Assembly: GCF_000281045.1 (NCBI RefSeq)
Contig: NW_008246086.1
Coordinates: 584,881-648,880, forward strand
Direction: 5' to 3'
Source: Saprolegnia diclina VS20
Lineage: Eukaryota
DNA: 64,000 bases
The translations under genes and the position numbers were made by a program. Below are positions 1-10,106 of the stretch, one piece after another; within the stretch, counting starts at the first letter, position 1, and every line of letters begins with the position of its first letter. Below the pieces are notes generated by a model that was given only the letters and a program-made list of their open reading frames with translations, was not told the DNA's origin and made no database searches.

Positions 1-478
1 CGGCTCTTCTTGCAGAGAACACCCAAGGCAACGACTCGACCGGGAAACGGCACCATTCACTCCCACGATGTCCAACAAGAAGCAGAACAGCTCGAAGGGT
101 GCGTTTGCGTCTTTGAGCAGCTTGGTTGGAAACCCAGCGGCTGGCGAGCAACGCCGCGCAGAGGTCGACATGCGTCGAGTCGAGCTAGACGAGAGTCGAT
201 TCGATTTGGAGAAGTCGAAGATGGCGATGGAAACATCGCTTCTCGAGGCCGACCTACGCCTCAAGAACATTGAGATAGCGAAGCAGCTCGCCTCGGCACG
301 CAAGGAGGTTCTAGATGCGGGTTATCCGATCGAAGAGGTCGATCTCGTCCTTCGGCTCCCAGGCATATCTAACGTGCAGACGACGAATGAAAGATCCTCT
401 TTTTGCTCCAGATGTTGCCTTTTGTTCCTACAAGCCAACTCTTTTTTCCTACATATAAGAGCCAGTTCTTTCATATAG
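1..478 (+). CDS. 3' part of a helical/coiled-coil hypothetical protein, possibly a transposon accessory ORF
   Basis: Frame is open from position 2. Charged helical tail (EQRRAEVDMRRVELDESRFDLEKSKM...ARKEVLDAGYPIEEVDLVL) is followed by a region of repeated CCTACA motifs and a hairpin. The last ~30 codons look non-coding. Confidence 0.35.
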   Translation, partial: GSSCREHPRQRLDRETAPFTPTMSNKKQNSSKGAFASLSSLVGNPAAGEQRRAEVDMRRVELDESRFDLEKSKMAMETSLLEADLRLKNIEIAKQLASARKEVLDAGYPIEEVDLVLRLPGISNVQTTNERSSFCSRCCLLFLQANSFFLHIRASSFI

Positions 479-516
479 CCTCGGAGGTATATGAAAGAAC
501 TGGCTCTTATATGTAG
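449..516. repeat. Perfect 29-bp inverted repeat with 10-nt spacer
   Basis: ctacatataagagccagttctttcatata (449-477) and its exact reverse complement (488-516). Confidence 0.95.
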
Positions 517-654
517 AAATCGTCGTAGTTCGAAGATACAAAGCCTCTGACGACTTGTAGGAAACCTCGAAATTCACGGCCATTTTGGCCAATCACGTGG
601 CGTTATTTTTCCTACATATACTCCTACAAGAACCTACATACAATTTGAACCCCA

Positions 655-880
655 CTATTCATTCTCCTCTTGTCTTTTACACATTTTCATTTTGTATTTT
701 AGGGCGCCAACCCTTTAACTACATCGCCAGCTCGGCCCGCCCGGCTCGCTTTGTAGTCCCAATAACATTCAATCAATCAAAACGTATTTCGCGTAAAATC
801 ATATTAGCAATACTAACTTGGAGACTTTGCTACGCCCGAATGCATAGCACGTGGTCGTTGGAAATGGGCTCAGAGATTGG
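655..880 (+). repeat. Partial copy of dispersed repeat module A (3' part)
   Basis: agggcgccaaccctttaactacatcgccagctcggccc...tgtagtccc...aacattcaatcaatcaaa recurs at ~4257-4470 (+) and ~18780-18950 (-). Confidence 0.9.
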
Positions 881-922
881 TCACGAGCGTTCACGAGCCT
901 GGAACGAGGCTGCAGAGAACGC

Positions 923-2335
923 TTACGGCGACCTGCTTGGCCATCGCGGCAGGCGATCTCGGCTTGGAGGTTTGTAAAGACTGCTGTGGCGCGACACGGT
1001 CGGAGATGTAAGAATGCAAATATGAAAGTGCAATTGTTTGTTACGCGGCCTGTCCGACTGGCTTCTCGCCGCTTGTCGTCGTGCCGAGACTGTGGCTCTT
1101 GCTCTAGGTCTCGTCATCTTGGTGGCTCGCATCTCGGCCTTCTTTTTCATCGTCGTTGCGACGCTGGTCGTTCTCGCACCTGTCATGTCGACATGCGTGG
1201 TCCGGGTTCTTGTCGCCTCAGAGCCAGGGGCTCGGCCTGGCACGCGTCCTTGCCTACGTCGTGCTTGCGCAGTTGCGTGGATTCGCAATGTCGTTGGGCG
1301 CGTCGGTCCCGAGTCCGGCGTCCTTGTGTTGGTCGTTCTGGCGTGGCACTTGACGGCCAAGCGGTCGTTGGGCACGCGCGTATTGGCCCGGGCGCGTCGT
1401 CCTGGCGGTGTTCGTTGCTGCACTGGCTGCTGGCGCGACGCTGAAACCCGATGTTGGCTTGCGGCTGCCGCTTCGATATCGAGGGCTGTAAGAGCAACTC
1501 GACCCAGTAGCAGTGACAAGCGCTGCATGAGCTCGTCCAACATGGCGGGACCGCTGCGTCGGCATTTATCAAGGCGAGCGACGAGCAATGCCGTATGCTC
1601 GGGACACGCATAGCTGCAAGAAATGACGAGGACTGCTCGGGATGCGTGCGATATGCGGAAGGTAGTGCATGGAATGCGCGTACTCGACTCACGTTTGGCC
1701 GCAGCGCTTGGCCACGCGCATGCGGGCCAAAACTTGGTCGTCCTCGAGCTTCGGCGCGTAGCGCTACGTGCTGTGGAGGAGGAGGTCGCTGTAGCCGTAG
1801 GTCGGGGTAGCGGCCATCCACGCGGTTTCGTTCGTGTGCACCCAATCGATGGGCTCATGACCGAGACGCATCTTGACCGCATTGTACTTGGCTCGTCGGT
1901 CCAGGTTGTACAGGGGGAGAGCTTGTCGCAGCGTACGGCAGCGTCAAGCTGGCGCATGTACCAGTAGTCGGCGACAAGCGAGTCAAGTCTGGGGTGCCTT
2001 GCCTCGACGGCAAACTTCTCCAGGCGAAAGCTCTTGAGGTGGGGTGACGGGTTGCGGGCCGTGTCGCCGTCGCCACCTTGAGGACTCGAGACGAGGTACA
2101 TGTACTCGCTGCATTTGAGCGCGTCGTCGTGTCGAGGTGAGGCGATGTCGACCTCGATCATATGTACGCACAGCTTGTTGTCGAGGTCAATGACCCTCGC
2201 GGCTACCGCGTCGGCCTGGAACTCGTCACGAGGTGCGAGCATCGTGTGCTTCTTCAATGACGTCAGAGTCTCGGCCTTGCTCTTGGTCAAAGGATGCAGC
2301 TGAGATCGCCCGCTGGTCTTGGACAGCGGCGGCAC
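923..2335 (-). pseudogene. Degenerate hypothetical gene
   Basis: First ~150 codons read as globular protein; the rest of the ORF is R/A/T-rich off-frame-like text and the alternative frames have stops. No family recognised. Confidence 0.3.
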
Positions 2336-3129
2336 TCATACAGTGCCATCTGAGAAAGCATGGGCTAAGCGTCAGTGGGCTGCAGTCAGCAGGCATGTCC
2401 TTGCGGCTCATGTGCGAAACTCGTACACTGTACCGGCAAAAGCTGGCCAATGGAACGCGCTGTGATTGGAACAGCTGACCAATCAGTGACCTGGCAATGC
2501 ACCCATGGATTCGCACACGCAACTTGGGCAGCCCCAGCAGGCGGGGTTTTGTATGTCCGTGTGGCAGCACTTCGAGTCCAAATACGCATCAAGCTTGCTC
2601 TGCATGGCGGTGAAGAACCCGACATTGGCAGCGGATGGAGCGTCGTCCAGTGGCCAGTGGTGGCCGTAGGCAGTGTAGAAGCGACCATTGTGTCCCCACC
2701 AAGGACCGTCGACCTCGTCGCTTCTCGCCTTTTCGACGCGAATGACATGTCCACTTTTTGATGAGCACGTAGCCCAGCACTAGAGTTTGCAGACGCACGA
2801 ATCAGACGAGCGGCTCACAAAAAATGAGCCGAGATATGAAGGAATACACACGCACCAGTAGGAGAGCACTTAATCCCCAAATAGCAACGAAGTGAATCCC
2901 TTTGGTCTCTGCGCTTGGCCGTCTGTGTACGACACCATGTACCTCGACTATGGACTCGTCGTTGACCTCGCTTTTGTACGTCGGAACGAGAGATACCGGC
3001 TAGTTGAAGGAGACGTTTTAGTCGCTCGACGCTCGCATCAAAGTCCTTCGATATATGCTACATGTACGCATGTACTAGTACTACTAGTAGTGCATTTCGA
3101 GCACTCGGGGCCAAGAAGGAACGAGTCGC

Positions 3130-4500
3130 TGGCTTGTGTAAGACCATCATTCCAATTCCCTTCGAAATGCGCCACGTCATTGGCCGAGTTGACTGCATAC
3201 AAAACGCCTAACATCTTCAGGTCGAGGGAGCTGTCGAGGATTTATTAAAGTCCAGCACAATTCAACGGCGACTTTGCACCACAATACAATGAACGCTGCG
3301 TATACTAAGATCTGAGTCCTTGGTATATTATTAGTTTGATGGACATGCGAGTTTTAAATTCAAACACTTATACTTCGACTTCATCGACGTCAAAATTGCT
3401 TTGCTCGCGTGGACCCCACAACATACTCAGTATCAGCAGCAGTCCGCAGGCGCCGCGATGGCCGCTCTCTTGCAGCAGCATGGCGGCGCAGGACGACGGC
3501 GCAGAGCGCCTCAAGACCAAGCACGACGCGCGCATGACCATGGCAGCACGTACCGCCGTAGCTCACGACGGTCCTGGCTCAGGCCGATCTGGACGCCATG
3601 ACGGCGACGATGGCCAAGGCAGGCCTCGCAAATCTCGACCGCGCATGAACACGGACGCGTAAGAAGCTCGCCGAGGCCATTGCCGCCAGCGACTGGCCAG
3701 GCATCTCCAAGCACGGGGGCAGCGCGCTTCTGCAAGGCGCAGACCTCGTACGTCGTCTATGCAACCGGCGGCGCGCAGGTCCGCTTCGCTTCGATTTGCT
3801 CTACGAGCGAGGCGTTCTTGACACCCAAGGTGTGTTTCGCGGGCATGGAGGACGTCGACGGTTTGCGCCTCGGTATCATCGTTTCGAATGTCGCTCTGGC
3901 CATCTTCGAGCTGCCTGTCGCCGACGCAACCGCCACCGCGCCTGTCTCGGATCCGACCACCGCCGCGCCTGTCTCGCGCGCGACAGATGCTGCCGCCGAC
4001 ACGACGGCGCGCGGTCTCATCGTGGACGCGCCTCTGCTCCAGGCAGTGTTGCTCAAGGCAGCGGAGCTCGGCTTCGTCCAAGAGCTCCCGCCGATCATCC
4101 AGGCCGCTCTCACAGCCTCCAAGGTGGCGATCCTCCCGAGAGCTGGCACCGCGTGCATCAACTTCTTGGCCCACGCACCCTTGTGCCAGTGGGCACCTGT
4201 CCCGGTATGCATATACATTTTTCTCTTGTATTCTGCACGTTTTCATATCCTATTGTAGGGCGCCAACCCTTTAACTACATCGCCAGCTCGGCCCACCGGC
4301 TCGAGATGTAGTCCCCATATAACATTCAATCAATCAAACGTTTTTTCTCGTAAAGTCATATTTGCATAAACTAACTTCAGGCGTTGAAGGGTTAAGGACT
4401 TTGCTACGTCTATATGCATACTAGCACAATTGGACCAGCACGTAGTCGTTGGAAATGAGCTCAGCGATCCATCTCGTGGTAGAACCCACTCGCAAAGCGA
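3130..4500 (+). repeat. Repeat module A: degenerate gene copy (CKAQTSYVV...GGAQVRFASICSTSEAFLTPKVCFAGMEDVDGLRLGIIVSNVALAIFELP)
   Basis: Near-identical peptide and DNA on the minus strand at ~19010-19300. Upstream flank 3138-3222 matches ~21144-21235 as reverse complement, and 3370-3437 matches ~20907-20977. Confidence 0.85.
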
Positions 4501-5329
4501 TAGCTCGCGCGATACAGACTCCTGTACTCGAACCTCAGCCTACGAAACGTCGTGCCTTTTCACCTTGCTCACGCGTGCGATACAAGAAGCCGCGACCCTA
4601 TGGCTAGAAGTACAAGAAGGTGGTCGCTGGGGGTGAGCCGAGACATCCACTCACATAGCGATAGCTCGCACGAGGTTGTACGCAGGCTCTGTACTCCACC
4701 CGATGGAGGAGTGCTCGCGTTGGGTGCATTTCAAACGAACTTGTGTGAGGCATACATCCGAGACTCCGACCAAGCACATCGACAACAGACAAAAGCCATA
4801 GCCTACGAAACGTCGTGTCCTCACTTTCACTCATATTGCGGAGTTCAAAGGACCGCTTGCATTGTGAACTTGACCATGCGCGCGTGGTGAGTGACCTCGG
4901 ACTGGCATCATTCCTGCGCAATGGCGCCACGATCGTGGTAAAGACCGTAAAGACCGCTGCCAGCGCTTCGTGGCGCCTTCTTTGACTCTTGGGCGCGGGT
5001 GTCCTGCGCGCAATGGCCTGGCACTCGACTGCACCGTGCTTGCTGGCGAGCGTGTCGTCGCGTTGGGCTTGTCGATGGCGTCGCAAGTCGCGCAGGCAGC
5101 AGTGGGCGGTGGCCATGCGGGTGAGCAGGCGCCTTGTGCATTTCGGGGACATATATGTGGCGTCGAATTGCGATTTGCAAGCTCTCAGAACAGGTTCCAT
5201 TATGCCGTTTTAAGAGAAATACCCTATCACGTAGTTATTCTTTGCTGCGTATTCCCTCAATGCACCCTAAACACTCATAGAAGAAAGAGTTTCGCAAAAG
5301 TAGCTCCAACGAACGCTTCCCATTGTCGG

Positions 5330-5960
5330 AGGATTCGATTGCTCCTCGGTGCCCTGTCGTTGGGCACGTGCCGAGCGGCGATCTTTTGCTTCGTCGGGAG
5401 ATGATATAGCAGGGGTGTGTACGCTCGGCGTCCCAGGCACCTTCTTCCAATTGAAATGCGATTCAAAACGCTCCTTGACGATTGCTGCAGCTCCCACACA
5501 TTCATGTCGGGCTTGGCGCATGTAGATGGCCGGAATCGGTGACGGCACAGCTATCTGCACGCTGTGCGATATACGGAGCTGCGGCCCGTTCTCTCTCAGC
5601 CAAGGGAGCTCCCAATTCCACCATTGACAGCATGCGCGTTTGGCTGGACACACGGCGCAACATGAAACTATCGGTGGGGTAGGGTTACGAGGCAGAGAAC
5701 ACGGCCACCCTCATTTGTTATGCGGACATCTCTACTGCTATCGTGCTCCAAGAATTTCCGCTTCAAATCCTCCATCGCAAACGCAAAGCCCACTTCCATT
5801 CACAGCACTGACATGGTTTGATTCAGCAGTGACGATTGTAGAGCAACCCAATGTACGCATACCACGAAATATATCATCGCGAATATCATTTCACTTGAAT
5901 AGTTGAAGCTGGTCGTACAGCAGCTTTGAGAAGCTACCTTCGGACTGCGACGAAAGTGGC
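5330..5960. repeat. Repeat module B (degenerate), inverted copy at ~22150-22620
   Basis: tttgattcagcagtgacgat and cgcgaatatcatttc...agttgaagct are found reverse-complemented at ~22160-22275; ctcagcc...gagctcccaat at ~22400-22425. Confidence 0.75.
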
Positions 5961-6599
5961 CCCGAGCCGATGAAGTGTGGTGACAGCAATAGCTGTCGGC
6001 ATCGAAGGGCAAGACGTACTCACTGCAAGCGCTGTATCCAAGGCGACATCAGCGCATCGACGCAGGCTCGGTCGATCGATCGCACGACGCGATGCGTCTG
6101 CTTTCTCGTCGCGTCATCGGGTGACGTGACAAACTGTCACATGTAGTTGGTCTTGCGCTTTTGAAATCTCCGAAACTGCTGCAACGCGCCTTGCTCATGC
6201 GTGAAATGCGAGAAGCTGCAAGCCCGCTGATGATTGCTGTGCTATGGAAACCCACGGCCCCTATTTTCTTTCACTCAAGAGTAGTTGCAATACGTGGCAT
6301 CAAAGAATTTTGATTCGTTATATGTATGAACGTGTTTCGCGTTATCTTCGCTGTTACACAAAGGCTTTGCATACCGGTACGTGGAGACTAGTAATCTAGT
6401 AATCTCCTTCTTCATTCACTCGTCTGGCTCTTTTGTCGTCGCCCTACGACGCTTGACTGGTTATACTAATGCACATTTGGTTGGGCGCGTCGCAACTTCA
6501 ACCTGTTGGGATGGATAGGGCTTGACAAGCCACGCGCCGTTCGGGCACTCGGCGCCGCTCGGATGAGGGCCTTGGGGAGTCGCAAACGAATGGCTGTCG

Positions 6600-7800
6600 A
6601 ACCACGTCACAGGCTTCGTCGACGGCGCCTGGTACACGGCACCAAAGCTGCAGCCGAGCGAGTTCGCGGCCACGAGCGTAGGGCCCGGCGTCTTGTTGGT
6701 AAACGGCACGAGCGCCGTCGCAAGTAACTTAGCTGTACGTAACCCGGGGCGAAGCTCAGGACATCGTTCATGGCATTGCATGGTACGCCCAGCCAAACGT
6801 GCATGTTGTCCGTGCACAGGCAGAACAGGGCACCGTGAATAGTCCAGCTGCGGCCAGCAAAAAGCTTCCGACGTGGTGAGGAACTTGCTGCGCGCGAGTT
6901 TGTGCGCCACACGCCATTGGATGTTGAGTAGGTTCAAGTGTGAGCGTCCGATAAATGCGGGGTCTCAAGTTCGGCATCCCTCGCGCTTCAGGTGAGGATC
7001 TTTTTGTTTGATGATGCGTCATCGACATCCGGAGCAGTTCCTGCGCTCACCATCCTCCCATCTTCTACAATGGCGCGTCTAAGCAGTGCTCGCCGCTGCC
7101 GTGGCCTTACCGCCTTGCTATCGAGAAGCACGGTGTCGTCCTCGCGGCCGGTCGCCAGGTGCTTTAGACTGAGGACGATGAACGACCTTGAAGTACAGTA
7201 GCTGGCCACATGAGAGGCAAGTAGCCATAACCTCGCTATTGGACTAAACACAATGTGATATATTGAGCGGCGATCCGTTCTTTCTCAGCCAAGAGAACTC
7301 GGAACCGATATTCGATGCATCTTTGACTGCCAACCTTGCACGTTGGACTTGACTCACGCGACGAACGTTGAACCTCTCGGCGAGGGTAGGGGTACGACAC
7401 AGAGAACGCCACCTTGACCGCCACAGAACCGACCGTCACCACAGCGATGTTGCTGCGACCCAACCGCAACGCCTGGCTTGACCAACGAGCCCATTTTGTA
7501 CCTCCAAGCTGCGGCTGCCTGCCTCATGACGACCAAGCAGGCCGCCATCAACGACCTCTACCGCCTCATTCCGGCCGCCAACGGCAGTGGACGCTCGGGG
7601 CCAACCTCGGCGCCAACACGACCACCGTCAATGACTGCCCAGACGTCGGCCCGGTCCTTCTCCGCTACAAGCAGCTGCTCGGGGAGGCGCTCGTGCCCTT
7701 CACCAACAGGACGAAGCTCGTGGCCGCGATCTCGCTCGGCTGCAGCTTTGGTGCCGTGTACCAGGCGCCGTCGACGAAGCCCGTGACGTGGATCAAGGCG
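6600..7800. pseudogene. Repeat module C: fragments of a decayed gene family (CLMTTKQAAINDL..LIPAANG...LVPFTN.T.LVAA.SLGCSFG.VYQAPSTKPVTW)
   Basis: Plus copy ~7250-7800 and minus copy ~6600-6720; further copies at ~21300-21670 and ~23160-23705. An ~90-nt block at 7254-7344 is nearly identical to 23164-23254. Copies are frameshifted. Confidence 0.75.
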
Positions 7801-8251
7801 CTCTTCCGACAACGCCGAGTGCCCAGTTGTTCTGCATGGCAAGACGGGCTACGCGCAGCCGACATGCTCTCGGTGGTCAAGAAGTGCGACAACAGCCGCG
7901 TCGGTCGCGTATCCTGCGCCGCCCGTGCTTGTGGGTTGTAGGACAAACGTGTGATACATGTATGTGTAGTGTGTGTACCAGTAAGTGTCAATATGATAGC
8001 CATGCCGCTAGTATTAGTTGATACAATGGTACTGTGCTGCTACGCCGAACATGGCACAAGCCGGCCACACCGGCCCGGGTGGCAAGCATCTCGTCGATGC
8101 AAAAGCACATTCGCAGAGGTGCTGGGTTCTAGCATCGCCACTGAGGCGACTCGGAAATCCATCTGGGGCGATGACCTGGTCTGATGTTCACGGCCGCTCG
8201 TTTGGCGGCAAACGCATGCGCTGCGACGTCCGATCGTATGAGCCAAGAGCT

Positions 8252-8412
8252 CATGGCCGCCGGTCAGGTGCTCTATGCACAGCCCATCGACTGTGAAGCG
8301 ACTCTCCTTCGCGCAGCGCACCGTTAACGAGCAAGCCGAGAGTGCGCAGCGCGAAGGAGAGACGCTTCGGTGTTGGCGGCCTGTGCAAAGAGCACCTGAC
8401 CGGCGGCCGTGT
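8252..8412. repeat. ~160-nt nested fold-back (long imperfect inverted repeat)
   Basis: Outer arms ggccgccggtcaggtgctctatgcacag / ctgtgcaaagagcacctgaccggcggcc; inner arms gaagcgactctccttcgcgcagcgcac / gtgcgcagcgcgaaggagagacgcttc. Confidence 0.9.
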
Positions 8413-8415
8413 GCC

Positions 8416-8614
8416 CGACGGACAACCAAGTCGCAACAACTCTATGGCATTTCTTTAGATTAGGGCGCTCCGAATACTAACTAGGCGGAGGAAGCAGGGA
8501 CAACGACGGCAGCGTTGTGGTTGCAGGTAGTCGATCGAATCGAAAAATAGGTCAACTGATGGCGCAGTTGTCGTGCGTGAGCTTCCCGCGCCGCTCGCGC
8601 TCGAGGAGCTCGCG
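8416..8614 (-). repeat. ~200-bp duplicate of the Rab gene 3' end and downstream region, ending at an N-gap
   Basis: Matches 9971-10169 with one substitution seen (gtcgtgcg vs gtcatgcg). Confidence 0.9.
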
Positions 8615-9117
8615 NNNNNNNNNNNNNNNNNNNNNNNNNNNNNNNNNNNNNNNNNNNNNNNNNNNNNNNNNNNNNNNNNNNNNNNNNNNNNNNNNNNNNN
8701 NNNNNNNNNNNNNNACATAGAGCACACACGATAGCTATAATGACTATTGCATGGCGCTCGGCGTGCTAACGGCCTACGCATGCAGTATCTGACCGGCAGC
8801 TGCCGAATCATGGCTGGTACGGTCGAAAGCTAAATGAGCGGCCGTATACAGGCCGATCTCTGTCTCGACGGTCGCTTCTAGCGAGCGCTTGCGCGCCTTG
8901 AACGCCTCGTAGGCGGCCTGCCATTGATGCGCGTCCTTGATGGCAGCGGCGAGCTCCGCGTTCGTGGTCGACCCAGCGGTAGCATATGGAGTTAGGAACC
9001 AGCTAGTGCAAAGAAGATCGCGTACCCTCGGCGGGGGCGGGGGCGTCCGGTCCGTTCGGTGCGTCCGTGGACGGGGGATGCGCGGGTGTCGTAGTAGGAG
9101 CGGCCGACGTCGTCGGG

Positions 9118-9271
9118 GCTTTCGCCTCGACAGACCTAAGTACTCACTCATACAGCACCATGGCAGCCTACACGCAGATCGTCGGCCATGGGCCGGGGCG
9201 TCTCCGCCGATCTGCGTGTAGGCTGCCATGGTGCTGTATGAGTGAATAATTAAGCCTGTCGAGGCGAAAGC
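9118..9271. repeat. 154-nt fold-back hairpin with a 38-bp perfect inner stem
   Basis: 9144-9181 is the exact reverse complement of 9208-9245; outer 16-bp arms are 9118-9133 and 9256-9271; loop 26 nt. Confidence 0.95.
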
Positions 9272-10106
9272 AGATATGACCGCGAGCAAGGGTCAATAGT
9301 ATCGTTCTCCGGCGGGCACGAACTCACCCCCATTTTCATGCTTGGCGTCCATTTCGTCGAAAACTGTGGCATTTGCTGGCTTTAGCAACATAAATGGAGG
9401 TAAGTTCGTGCCCGTCGGAAAACGATATTTTGCACACACATCTAAAACATGATTGTAAAGGTTTGAACAAAGTTTCGCTCTCCGGCGAGCACGAACTCAG
9501 CTCCATTTTAAGGTTCGTGTCTCCGAGGGTTGTCAAAGTCGGCACTATTTTCAGGCTAACGCGGTATTTACGAGCTTTTTTCTTGTGTTTTCAAGGCTGG
9601 TCGATCCACCAAGTGTGTACGCATCTGTCGGTTATCTTCATGTGCCGTAAAGGCTATATTCCGAGCGCTATAGGCACGTAGATCCATGCAGCGATCCGCG
9701 GCGCCCAGTCCATTTTAATGAAAGTGCACGAAATAATCATTATCCGGATGAGGCACTCGCGCTTCCTCAGGCATTTGTATTGGACTTCGCTGGGAGCTCT
9801 GCCGTAATTTTAAAATTAAATACAGGTCGTGAGACACCCTCTTTTTTACTGACCGTTGCCGCGAGAGTTTGAAATGCTCGCATTTCATTGGGCGAGCGCT
9901 CGAATGCTTGCAATCGCCCGACGCCCAGTCGTCCATCTTCGCGCCCGACCGAAGCGGGAGCTCCAAGTCGCGACGGACAACCAAGTCGCAACAACTCTAT
10001 GGCATTTCTTTAGATTAGGGCGCTCCGAATACTAACTAGGCGGAGGAAGCAGGGACAACGACGGCAGCGTTGTGGTTGCAGGTAGTCGATCGAATCGAAA
10101 AATAGG

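Noticed and set aside
3073..3092. CTAG-rich motifs (also ~6385 and ~25434) as Helitron 3' ends
   Set aside because: No convincing GC hairpin at the expected distance and no RepHel sequence.
9301..9530. ~35-bp repeats as a CRISPR-like array
   Set aside because: Only three copies, alternating orientation, degenerate, no cas genes, eukaryotic context.
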